Positions 38,484 to 46,799 of a stretch of DNA of 64,000 bases are shown here, in pieces. A model generated the notes under the pieces. The model worked only from the letters and a program-made list of their open reading frames with translations. It did no database searches and was not told the origin of the DNA. Position 1 is the stretch's first letter. Each line of letters begins with the position of its first letter. Origin of the DNA: Minisyncoccota bacterium. Lineage in GTDB: Bacteria; Patescibacteriota; Minisyncoccia; Phycocordibacterales; SBAW01. The stretch is taken from positions 212,875-276,874 of the forward strand of contig DASZWN010000001.1 in assembly GCA_035546575.1 (NCBI GenBank), read 5' to 3'. A program made the translations under genes and the position numbers.

Positions 38484-38578
38484 AATAATTAGTCTAGTTA
38501 TATAAAGTTCTGCACCTACTCAGTATAAAAAAGAGCACCTGACGCCTGTATGAAGCCTACATTTAACCAATAGCCACA

Positions 38579-38917
38579 ATGCGCCGCGGCACCCGAGGTC
38601 ATTACCTGGCTAATAAAGAGGCGGCGCGTGCACTGGTGCACGTGCGGCTAGTCCACTACAACCGGCACTATGGCTACACGCTGCGGAAGGTGTTTATCAA
38701 GAACTTGCGCTCGCGCTGGGGTAGCGCCTCAAGCCGAGGCAACCTCAACTTTAATTACAAAGTAGTACTACTGCCGCCGGCACTCCAAGACTACGTGATA
38801 GTCCACGAGCTGTGCCACCTGGGCGAGTTTAACCACTCACCAAAGTTTTGGGCACTTGTGGCGCAAACCATACCCAACTACAAAAAACTCCGTAAAGCTT
38901 TGAGGGCAGTGCGATAG
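38579..38917 (+). CDS. YgjP/DUF45-like zinc metallopeptidase (C-terminal domain only)
   Basis: SRWGS.S..GNLNFN..DYVIVHELCHL.E.NHS.KFW. Confidence 0.85.
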   Translation: MRRGTRGHYLANKEAARALVHVRLVHYNRHYGYTLRKVFIKNLRSRWGSASSRGNLNFNYKVVLLPPALQDYVIVHELCHLGEFNHSPKFWALVAQTIPNYKKLRKALRAVR

Positions 38918-38919
38918 TT

Positions 38920-39972
38920 TTAAATTCTAACAATTTTCTCCCAAGGGCGACCCTCGACACCGAAGTGGCCGTACGCTGCGGTTTTTTGGAAGATCGGGCG
39001 GCGCAAGCCGAGGCGCTCGATAATCGCCTTGGGGCGGAAGTCGAAGTTTTTTGTAACGATCTCTGACAAATTTTTACCCTCGCCGTCGAACGCCTCGATC
39101 ATTACCGGTTCAACGCGGCCGATAGCGTAGGCCACGGAGACCAGCGCTTTTTTAGCATAGCCATTTGCCACCAGATTTTTAGCGGCAAAGCGCGCCATGT
39201 ATGCGGCCGAGCGGTCTACCTTTGTTGCGTCTTTGCCGGAAAAGGCCCCGCCGCCATGCGGCATGAGGCCGCCGTAGGTGTCGACCATGATCTTGCGGCC
39301 AGTGAGCCCTGCGTCGGCCTCGAACCCGCCCTGCACAAAGCGCCCGGTCGGGTTAACGAGTATCTCCACGCCAGCTAGGTCTCCCAATACCGGAGCAAAC
39401 AGGTGCTGTCGCAAACCCGCGCGGATTTCCTCGAGGCTAACCTCCTCGGCATGCTGGGTCGAAGTGAGCGCGGTTACTACTTTGCCGTTTTTAATCGTGA
39501 CCTGCGTTTTGCCGTCGGGGCGCAGCCAGGGGAGCGTGTTGGTGATGCGCAGCGTCTCGAGCAGACGCGCGAGCGCATGCGCTGTTACAACTCCTTGCGG
39601 TAAAAACTCTTTTGTCTCGTCGGTTGCGTAGCCGTACATGATGCCTTGGTCACCCGCGCCTCCGGTGTCGACACCTTGCGCAATGTCGCCCGACTGGCGC
39701 GCAACGCGTATCGCGATTTCTAGCGTGTCCGGATAGCCGATGCTCGTGTACACCCGGCGCGCTATCTTTTCAAGATCGATATCGGCGCTTGTCTTTATCT
39801 CGCCCGCAATAAGCATGGCACCATGGCTGCCCACTACCTCGATAGCAACGCGGCTCATCGGGTCCCCAGCGAGTGCGGCGTCTAAAATCGCGTCTGATAT
39901 CTGGTCGCACACTTTGTCTGGGTGTCCCGAGGTGACCGACTCTGTCGTATAGTACTCAAGCAAGTGGAACAT
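38920..39972 (-). CDS. metK: S-adenosylmethionine synthetase
   Basis: TESVTSGHPDKVCDQISD, GAGDQG, DGKTQV, GLTGRKI.VDTYGG, GGAFSGKD.TKVDRSAAY; start ATG 39972. Confidence 0.97.
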   Translation of the reverse strand: MFHLLEYYTTESVTSGHPDKVCDQISDAILDAALAGDPMSRVAIEVVGSHGAMLIAGEIKTSADIDLEKIARRVYTSIGYPDTLEIAIRVARQSGDIAQGVDTGGAGDQGIMYGYATDETKEFLPQGVVTAHALARLLETLRITNTLPWLRPDGKTQVTIKNGKVVTALTSTQHAEEVSLEEIRAGLRQHLFAPVLGDLAGVEILVNPTGRFVQGGFEADAGLTGRKIMVDTYGGLMPHGGGAFSGKDATKVDRSAAYMARFAAKNLVANGYAKKALVSVAYAIGRVEPVMIEAFDGEGKNLSEIVTKNFDFRPKAIIERLGLRRPIFQKTAAYGHFGVEGRPWEKIVRI

Positions 39973-40042
39973 AGGGAAAGAAAATAAATAGTAATCGCCC
40001 AAAAACGAGACAATCTCCTGCGCGAGGAGATTCTAGAGAAAA

Positions 40043-40138
40043 GCATCTGCCCCAGCGGGGTTGGAGGGAGCACCGGGCTTCTTAGGGCTGGTTGCCGGCG
40101 GGTCGCAGAGCCAAATCTCTCGCCGCACTCTTGATACG
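40043..40138 (-). promoter_or_regulatory. SAM-I (S-box) riboswitch upstream of metK
   Basis: ATCAAGAG..GAGAGATTTGGCTCTGCGACC..GGCAACC..GGTGC..TCCAA-CCCCGCTGGGG-CAGATG; P1 GTATC/GATGC, pseudoknot TTGG/CCAA; downstream hairpin at 40012-40032. Confidence 0.9.
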
Positions 40139-40188
40139 CACTATTCGATTGTCTCGGCTACTATAGCATTTGTATAAAAAAGAGAAAT

Positions 40189-40216
40189 CCCCGCGGCACA
40201 TGCGCGTGCCGCGGGG
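40189..40216 (-). terminator. Terminator of the L,D-transpeptidase gene
   Basis: CCCCGCGGCAC/GTGCCGCGGGG 11-bp stem followed by a T-rich run on the minus strand. Confidence 0.7.
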
Positions 40217-40232
40217 TAATGGGTCTTGGAAC

Positions 40233-40664
40233 CTAGTGATGAACGACGATCACCGTGTCGGCCACCCGCTGCCGCACCAAGTTGTAGAGGATGCCGGCGT
40301 TTTGCGGGTGAAGCCGCACGCAGCCATGGCTGGCCGGCGTGCCGAGAGCAGCGATCTCCTTGGCGCCGACAATGCCGTGGATCGCGATATTACCGTTGAA
40401 GAATATCGCGTGCGGCATCGGTGCGCTGTTGTAGAGCGTGGAGTAGTGATCCGCGTCCATCGACTGGACGTGGTAGACACCCACCGGCGTTACCATGCCC
40501 GCGCGGGCGGTCGAGACCGACCACGAGTACGTGGGCACGCCGTCGACGATCACCTCCATGCGCTCGCTGTGAGCAGCCACCTTGATGTCGATCATCAGTT
40601 CTGCCTTGGCCGGAGCGGCGCAGGCTAAAACAAGGGCCGCAAGGCCCAGAAACAAAGCTTTCAT
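40233..40664 (-). CDS. L,D-transpeptidase (YkuD domain)
   Basis: Signal peptide; VSTA..TP.G; IAIHG..LG.PASHGCVRL catalytic motif. Confidence 0.92.
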   Translation of the reverse strand: MKALFLGLAALVLACAAPAKAELMIDIKVAAHSERMEVIVDGVPTYSWSVSTARAGMVTPVGVYHVQSMDADHYSTLYNSAPMPHAIFFNGNIAIHGIVGAKEIAALGTPASHGCVRLHPQNAGILYNLVRQRVADTVIVVHH

Positions 40665-40773
40665 AGAACTTCTCCCCGAAATGCCGCAGATTGCGGCTGG
40701 CCAAACTAAAATATATTATACCCCCAAACAGGTAAAAAGTCAATAATCTATCCACAGCCTGTCGGCGGCGCTT

Positions 40774-41379
40774 TTACCGCAGTATAAAATCCTCGGGCAA
40801 GGTACGGAAGGTGATCGAGTACCTAAGCGTGCGTACCGGTGCCACAGAGTGTTGCCACTTCCACCGCACATCGCGCTGCATACTGTAGGCAGAGCGGGGT
40901 TCGAGTTCCATTGCAACCACTTGGTTTTTGTCGCCAATAGCACTTAAGGGTCTGAAACGCATGCGGCACCAGCCCGCGAGCGAGATACCGATTATCGACT
41001 CGAACTTTTCATTGTCGCGATGCCAGCCTATTGCAGAGCCCTGCGTGTACTCCTGCACAAGCGCCTCTACCACGCGCGCAGGGGAGATGCCGAGCCACTT
41101 TGCTATCTTGCGCTTGGCGGGCTGCAGGAACGTCGGAAGCGGCGGACCCTCTATAAGCCGCTCGCGCTCAAAGTCGTAGCTCCAGCCAAACGCGGCGAGG
41201 CGGCGCTTGGCCTCGTGCTCCTCAAACTTTGGATGCACCATCGGCAAGTTTTGAATATACGCGAGCAGCACCTCCTCTTCGCCGATTGTTAAAAAGTTTG
41301 GCCGGTACACCAGCCCGTTGGGGAGTGAGAGCGGCGTGTCAAAAAGTTTTCCTTGCGCTGCGTTTCGAGTGGGTTGCAT
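40774..41379 (-). CDS. AlkB-like 2OG-Fe(II) dioxygenase
   Basis: IGWHRD (HxD), WQHSV, RYSITFR. True start ATG 41379; the track extension is antisense to lexA. Confidence 0.9.
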   Translation of the reverse strand: MQPTRNAAQGKLFDTPLSLPNGLVYRPNFLTIGEEEVLLAYIQNLPMVHPKFEEHEAKRRLAAFGWSYDFERERLIEGPPLPTFLQPAKRKIAKWLGISPARVVEALVQEYTQGSAIGWHRDNEKFESIIGISLAGWCRMRFRPLSAIGDKNQVVAMELEPRSAYSMQRDVRWKWQHSVAPVRTLRYSITFRTLPEDFILR

Positions 41380-41390
41380 AAGTTTTTGGT

Positions 41391-41410
41391 TATCCACATA
41401 TTTGTGTATA
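41391..41410. promoter_or_regulatory. Candidate operator palindrome between alkB-like gene and lexA
   Basis: TATCCACA-tatt-TGTGTATA (7/8 inverted repeat) in the 73-nt divergent intergenic region. Confidence 0.45.
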
Positions 41411-41452
41411 TTGTGTATTGTACCAAGAAAGTATGTGTTATCATATACATAT

Positions 41453-42118
41453 ATGCAAAATCCACTAACAACTAAACAGCAGCGCGTGTACGCAGAGTTA
41501 AAAAAGAAGATGGACAAGCGCGGCGAGTCCCCAACACTCGACGAGTTGCGCGAAGCGCTCCGCCTTAAGTCGCTGCGCACGGTAGTGCAATATCTCGATG
41601 TACTTGAGCGCAAGGGGTACATCGTCCGTCGCAAGGGCATTAAGCGCAATATCGAGCTGCGCTCAGAAAACTCCGAAGGTGCAACCTCAACGGTGAGTAT
41701 TCCGGTTGTAGCAAATGTGGGCTGCGACGACCTGAGCCTCTTTGCGCAAGAGCAGTATGACGAGTTTTTGGAAGTAGATAAAACAATCGCGCAGCCTGCA
41801 TCAAGCGGCGAGTCCGGTATTGTAGCGGTACGCGCGGTGGGCGACTCGATGCAAGACGCGGGTATCAACCCGGGCGATTACGTGCTGATCCGTTTTACCG
41901 ACGAGGCGCAAAACGGCGACAGGGTAGCAGCTATTGTGGGAGATATGGTTACCGTAAAGCGCTACGAAAAGAAAGACGGCGTGACCATTCTGTACCCAGA
42001 ATCCAGAAATCCTAAATACAAACCGATTGTGCTCAGAGAAGACTTTAAAATTGCGGGCAAGGTATTGTGCGTGATCCCAAACCCGAATGCCGAAATAACC
42101 GAGGTAGTATATGGATAA
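41453..42118 (+). CDS. lexA: LexA repressor (S24 peptidase) with atypical cleavage site
   Basis: wHTH LT.KQ..SPTL.EL..L.S..TV..L..LE.KGYI.R; catalytic GDSM and VTVKR; start ATG 41453. Confidence 0.88.
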   Translation: MQNPLTTKQQRVYAELKKKMDKRGESPTLDELREALRLKSLRTVVQYLDVLERKGYIVRRKGIKRNIELRSENSEGATSTVSIPVVANVGCDDLSLFAQEQYDEFLEVDKTIAQPASSGESGIVAVRAVGDSMQDAGINPGDYVLIRFTDEAQNGDRVAAIVGDMVTVKRYEKKDGVTILYPESRNPKYKPIVLREDFKIAGKVLCVIPNPNAEITEVVYG

Positions 42119-42158
42119 AGTACGCTATGAGTATAAGTATCAATTTTTAGCAAATCGT

Positions 42159-42572
42159 ATGAATACGAACCAAAAAGACACGATGCCGCACGACGAGGAC
42201 GGCTGGAAGAAAAAGCTCACCCCCGAGCAATATGCGGTCTTGCGCGAAAAGGGTACTGAACCTGCATTCTCGGGCAAGCTCCTGCACGAGGACAAGGACG
42301 GCGTCTATAAATGCGCCGCGTGTGGCAACGCTCTCTTTTCTTCCGATGCCAAGTTCGACTCCGGCACCGGCTGGCCCTCGTTTGACCAAGCGCTCCCAGG
42401 GGCGGTTGAGTTTAAAGCGGACAACTCCTACGGTATGCATCGCACCGAAGTGCTGTGTGCCAATTGCGGCTCGCACTTGGGCCATATATTTGACGACGGC
42501 CCGACAGCAACCGGCAAGCGCTACTGCCTGAATTCCGTCTGTTTAGACCTCGAGACTGAAGATAAGGGGTAA
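42159..42572 (+). CDS. msrB: Peptide-methionine (R)-S-oxide reductase
   Basis: LTPEQY.VLR.KGTE, KFDSGTGWPSF, RTEV.C..CGSHLGH.FDDGP, RYCLNS. Confidence 0.96.
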   Translation: MNTNQKDTMPHDEDGWKKKLTPEQYAVLREKGTEPAFSGKLLHEDKDGVYKCAACGNALFSSDAKFDSGTGWPSFDQALPGAVEFKADNSYGMHRTEVLCANCGSHLGHIFDDGPTATGKRYCLNSVCLDLETEDKG

Positions 42573-42678
42573 TAGAACCGCCAGAGGCCCGTCTTACTGG
42601 TAAGGCGGGTTTTTGCTTGTGTACTTGTGAGGTATACTAGCTCCATACCCAACAGTTAGTAATAAATGCTTCTATAAT

Positions 42679-42987
42679 ATGATGAAATGGCTTATCGGTT
42701 TAGTGCTAGTTGTTGTTGCCGGAGCGGGGCTTTGGTGGAGCGGTTTGCTCAATCAATATCTCCCGACGGCAAAACCTCAGGTTGCACAACAAACTGCAAC
42801 TACGACTCCGCAGCAGCAAACAACCCCAGCTCCAATTAACGATCTTCCAACCCAGACCTCGGATACTTCCGACGCTGCAATGGCGCAGGACACCGCGGCA
42901 GTAGATGCTCAGATGCAAGGGCTCCAAAATGATTCTGCAAGCATTGACCAAAGTTTTAACGATAAGGCGACAGCACAAGAATACTAA
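42679..42987 (+). CDS. Hypothetical membrane-anchored protein
   Basis: N-terminal TM, T/Q-rich linker, short coiled coil. Confidence 0.65.
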   Translation: MMKWLIGLVLVVVAGAGLWWSGLLNQYLPTAKPQVAQQTATTTPQQQTTPAPINDLPTQTSDTSDAAMAQDTAAVDAQMQGLQNDSASIDQSFNDKATAQEY

Positions 42988-42988
42988 T

Positions 42989-43861
42989 ATGAAAACCTAC
43001 TTCTCACTCCGCTCTCATATTGCAGGCGCACTCGGGCTCTCGCTCCTAGTGCCGGCTTTTGCGCTCGCCCAGATCGACTCCTCGGTTATCAACAATACTG
43101 CGGCAGCAGTAAACGCCGCGGGCTCCGCATCGGCACAAGCAAACACGCCGGTACGCACCAGCGCTCAAGTACAGGTATCTGCATCTACCACGGTAAGCAC
43201 TGCCGTTATGACTCGCGCCAAGACAAAGGCGGATACCGAGATCGATCGTCGCATCAAAGCGCTGGGCGATCTCAATACGCGCGTGCAGGCAATGACCAAG
43301 ATCACTGCTGACTTTAAGACAAACCTCAACACCAATATCCAAAATCAGATATCCGGACTCACTGCGCTTAAGGCAAAGATCGATGCCGATACCGAGGGTA
43401 GCGTGCTTAAGACCGACGTGCAGTCAGTCACCTCGTCGTATCGGATCTTTGCGCTTGTGATGCCGCAGGCGCGCATTGCAGCAGCGGCCGATCGCGAGGC
43501 AACTATCATTAATATGATGGCGGCACTCGGCGCTAAGCTCCAGGCGCGCGTGCAAGCCACACAGGCGGCTGGCGCAGATATAACCGCAGTGAACACGGCG
43601 CTTGTCGACATGGGCAACAAACTGCAGAGCGCACAGACGCACGCACAAGCGGCAGTAAGCGGCAGTGCGACCCTTACTCCTGACAAGGGCGAGAAGACGC
43701 TCATGGCTGCAAACGATGCCGCACTCAAGACTGCTCGCGCTGAGATAAAATCGGCGCAAACCGATCTTGTTGCCGCTCGCAAAGATGTGGATACCATATT
43801 GAAAGGTTTGCGCACGATCAGTGCAGCCGCTGCCGCCTCGAGTACGGTGCAAACACAGTAA
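42989..43861 (+). CDS. Hypothetical secreted Ala-rich coiled-coil protein
   Basis: Signal peptide (AFALA), helical Ala/Thr-rich body; start ATG 42989. Confidence 0.7.
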   Translation: MKTYFSLRSHIAGALGLSLLVPAFALAQIDSSVINNTAAAVNAAGSASAQANTPVRTSAQVQVSASTTVSTAVMTRAKTKADTEIDRRIKALGDLNTRVQAMTKITADFKTNLNTNIQNQISGLTALKAKIDADTEGSVLKTDVQSVTSSYRIFALVMPQARIAAAADREATIINMMAALGAKLQARVQATQAAGADITAVNTALVDMGNKLQSAQTHAQAAVSGSATLTPDKGEKTLMAANDAALKTARAEIKSAQTDLVAARKDVDTILKGLRTISAAAAASSTVQTQ

Positions 43862-43868
43862 CCACTAC

Positions 43869-44588
43869 ATGCTTATAGCGATCGCAGTCGTCGCTTTTGT
43901 TTCCACGATGTTAGGCGGACTTTTTGCACTGCGTCTACGCGACCGTCTGCACTTGATACTGGGATTTAGCGCGGGAGCGATCATCGGTGTCGCATTCTTT
44001 GATTTGCTTCCAGAGGCAGTGGAGCTTGGAGGTGCATTGTACGAAGCGTCTGTACTACTTGCGGTCACCGCGCTCGGGTTTTTGATCTATTTGGCACTCG
44101 ATCGTCTAATCCTGCTCCATACGCATGACCACGACGGCGAGGACCATCACGCCGGTCGCGGTATTGTTGGCGCCTCGTCGCTCTCGTTCCACAGCCTGCT
44201 CGACGGCATCGGCATCGGGCTCGCGTTCCAGGTCTCGCCCGCGGTTGGTGTCGTCGTTGCGGCGGCTGTTTTGACCCATGACTTTTCCGACGGGATCAAT
44301 ACCGTCAATATGATCATCAAAAACGGGGGAGAGCGAGCACGAGCGCTCAAATGGCTCCTCGTAGATGCACTGGCTCCTGTCGCGGGCATACTTGCGACGC
44401 TCTTTTTCAGCATCAGCGATGCGCATCTTGGGCTTTTGCTCGCTTTGTTTGCGGGATTTTTTCTCTATATCGGCGCTTCAGACCTTGTTCCGGAGAGCCA
44501 TCACAAGCATCCGACATTTTGGACAACGGCTATGACCGTTGTAGGAGCAGCAGTGCTCTTTACTGCAATCCGCTTAGCCGGTGTATAG
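43869..44588 (+). CDS. ZIP family metal transporter
   Basis: GFSAG..FFDLLPEA, His-rich loop HTHDHDGEDHH, HSLLDG, HDFSDG; start ATG 43869. Confidence 0.9.
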   Translation: MLIAIAVVAFVSTMLGGLFALRLRDRLHLILGFSAGAIIGVAFFDLLPEAVELGGALYEASVLLAVTALGFLIYLALDRLILLHTHDHDGEDHHAGRGIVGASSLSFHSLLDGIGIGLAFQVSPAVGVVVAAAVLTHDFSDGINTVNMIIKNGGERARALKWLLVDALAPVAGILATLFFSISDAHLGLLLALFAGFFLYIGASDLVPESHHKHPTFWTTAMTVVGAAVLFTAIRLAGV

Positions 44589-44595
44589 TAGTGTC

Positions 44596-44802
44596 ATGAA
44601 TGAACAGCTTGACCGCATAGAGATGAAGCAGCGCGAGCTCGAAGGCAAGCTCGACGCGGTATTCCAGTCTTCGGAGAAGATGCGTAAATATATGCTCTGG
44701 GGCTTTTGGATTACGGTCGGCGCTATCGCTTTGCCGCTCCTTGTACTGCCGCTTGTATTGCCGGCGTTTCTCTCCTCGCTCACTATTCCGGCTGGTTTTT
44801 AG
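44596..44802 (+). CDS. Small membrane protein
   Basis: Coiled coil followed by a TM helix; TATAGT 6 nt before ATG 44596. Confidence 0.65.
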   Translation: MNEQLDRIEMKQRELEGKLDAVFQSSEKMRKYMLWGFWITVGAIALPLLVLPLVLPAFLSSLTIPAGF

Positions 44803-44933
44803 TTATCTGTCTCGGCGCCAGCCTCGACGTCTAGGCGGGCCAAGACGGATTGCGCTTTCAGAAAAAGAGGGTAGGATTGGAGCTAGGTCCAGCTCGCTTC
44901 ATTGCCCCTTTATTTACTTATTTCTTGACTGCT

Positions 44934-45590
44934 ATGAACCCAATCAAGCGCTCTTTGGTCGCGTTTCTGTCCGCCACTGCTCTGCTCGCTTCTTTCTTTG
45001 TGCCAGTTCTTGCCTCGGCACAGGTGTACTACAATACCAATTGTTATAACGGGTCAAACAGCTGGTATTGGGGTCAAAACTGCAATACAGGCAGCGTTAC
45101 TATCTACACACAGGTTAATAATCTATACGGATCGCAAAATCGCCAGGCATCTGACTTTACGTTTTATGTATCGGGCGCGATAAATGGCCAGCAGTATGTT
45201 GCAGGTTCGACCAGCGGCAAGTCGGTGTGGGTAAGCGGCACCTACTCGGTTTCTGTATACAACCAAGTGGGCTATACACCTTCATACTCCTCGGGCTGCT
45301 CGGGCACTATCACCAATTACAATCAGAACAACGTCTGCTACGTTACGCTGACGAGCGCGTACAACAATCAGTATCCCAATTACCCATACCAGTATCAGCC
45401 GTATCAGTACCAGTCATATATCTATACGCAACCTGTTACGGTAGTTGCTAAGTATGTTCCGACACTCCCAAACACCGGTTTTGAGCCAATCTCGTCGGCA
45501 CAGATAGCGTTTGCGGCAGTGCTCTTGCTTGCGGCACTCGCACTCATATTCCCTTATGTCAGAAAAGCCCTTGCTTCTATACTCGGCTAA
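44934..45590 (+). CDS. Secreted Tyr/Asn/Gln-rich protein with LPNTG sorting signal
   Basis: Signal peptide; C-terminal LPNTG + hydrophobic helix + RK tail. Confidence 0.8.
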   Translation: MNPIKRSLVAFLSATALLASFFVPVLASAQVYYNTNCYNGSNSWYWGQNCNTGSVTIYTQVNNLYGSQNRQASDFTFYVSGAINGQQYVAGSTSGKSVWVSGTYSVSVYNQVGYTPSYSSGCSGTITNYNQNNVCYVTLTSAYNNQYPNYPYQYQPYQYQSYIYTQPVTVVAKYVPTLPNTGFEPISSAQIAFAAVLLLAALALIFPYVRKALASILG

Positions 45591-45597
45591 AACGGGA

Positions 45598-46278
45598 GTG
45601 CTGAGTGACAATACATCAACTCGGCCCTCGCACTGGTGGCGCACTATTGCGCTTGGGCTCGGCGTGCTTGCTATCCTAGTTGGCGCTGCCGATGTGTTTG
45701 CGCGCATCTCTCGCGACGCGTTTGGAGAGAACGCATCATTTATGACGTTTGCTCCCGCTGCGGCTCTTGTGGACCCATCACTCCTTAATAACCCGCAGCC
45801 CGCAACTACGACGCAGACGGTCGCGGTTCCGATTATTCCCGCGCGCATTACTATCCCGGCGCTGGGTGTTGATGCGGGAGTAGAATCTGTTGGCAAAAAA
45901 GTAGATGGCTCGATGGGCACGCCGTCGAAATGGAATACGGTCGCCTGGTATAAGCCGGGCTCGAAGCCAGGAGGGCAGGGAAACGCGGTTTTTGCAGGGC
46001 ATGTAAACAACGCGCTTACGACCGCGGGGGTCTTTGAGCATCTCTCGCAAATTAAGATCGGAAATAGGATAGAAGTGAGCGACGCAGCGGGGCAAAAACT
46101 GGTGTATGAAGTGTCCGAGATCAACCAGTATTCCGTCAACGGAGCCCCAACTGGAGCCATTTTCTCGACCGAGGGTTCATCGCAGATTGTGCTTATAACC
46201 TGCGACGGCAATTGGGACGCCTCGGCGCATGAATTTGATAAGCGGCTGGTGGTGGTTGCACGGCTTCTGCCCCTGTGA
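45598..46278 (+). CDS. Sortase (class F-like)
   Basis: N-terminal TM; VAWY..PG..GNAVFAGHV; LITC; R in KRLVV. Start uncertain. Confidence 0.88.
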   Translation: MLSDNTSTRPSHWWRTIALGLGVLAILVGAADVFARISRDAFGENASFMTFAPAAALVDPSLLNNPQPATTTQTVAVPIIPARITIPALGVDAGVESVGKKVDGSMGTPSKWNTVAWYKPGSKPGGQGNAVFAGHVNNALTTAGVFEHLSQIKIGNRIEVSDAAGQKLVYEVSEINQYSVNGAPTGAIFSTEGSSQIVLITCDGNWDASAHEFDKRLVVVARLLPL

Positions 46279-46376
46279 TACGGTGAGGGCGTTCTACCGT
46301 AAGTTCTCCAGTGTGCCGTAAGGTATCGGAGGGTCGTCTTACAAAGAACTTAGTTACTTCATTGTATTTCGCGAAT

Positions 46377-46628
46377 ATGGCACGCAAACTGTTCGTGGGA
46401 GGGCTTCCGTACCGCACTACGGGCGACGAGTTGAAAGACGCGTTTGCTAAGGCGGGCGAGGTTGCTTCTGCGTCAATTGTGACCGATCGTGAGACTGGTC
46501 GCTCTCGTGGCTTCGGCTTCGTAGAGATGGCTGATGATGCTGGCGCCGATGCCGCTATTTCTATGTGGAATGGCAAAGACTTCGACGGCCGCACACTCAC
46601 GGTCTCCGATGCACGTCCGAAGGCATAA
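46377..46628 (+). CDS. RRM-domain RNA-binding protein
   Basis: RNP2 LFVGGL and RNP1 RGFGFVEM; start ATG 46377. Confidence 0.93.
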   Translation: MARKLFVGGLPYRTTGDELKDAFAKAGEVASASIVTDRETGRSRGFGFVEMADDAGADAAISMWNGKDFDGRTLTVSDARPKA

Positions 46629-46648
46629 TAGCCTCCGCTCGGCTCACT

Positions 46649-46678
46649 CAAAAATCTCCGCTTCGGCGGAGATTTTTG
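46649..46678 (+). terminator. Intrinsic terminator
   Basis: CAAAAATCTCCGC-ttcg-GCGGAGATTTTTG. Confidence 0.85.
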
Positions 46679-46691
46679 TTATGATGGCTCC

Positions 46692-46791
46692 AGCAAAAAG
46701 AGTCCTCAGGTCACCGGAATTTTCTTGCTAGAAAATTCCTATGTCTCGCGCCGTCGCGCTCGACTTATTGCCCTTCAAACTCTTTTTGCTT
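46692..46791 (-). repeat. Free-standing structured repeat, copy A
   Basis: 12-bp terminal inverted repeat AGCAAAAAGAGT; GACG- and AGCA-loop hairpins on the minus strand; 20 nt identical to 54520-54539. Confidence 0.7.
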
Positions 46792-46799
46792 TCGCTCCT

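Noticed and set aside
41390-41398. DnaA box as replication origin
   Set aside because: Single perfect box, no cluster, and no dnaA/dnaN or unwinding element nearby.
41380-41868. 364-aa AlkB fusion and 266-aa LexA as given in the ORF track
   Set aside because: The extensions overlap each other antisense; motif-based starts are 41379 (-) and 41453 (+).
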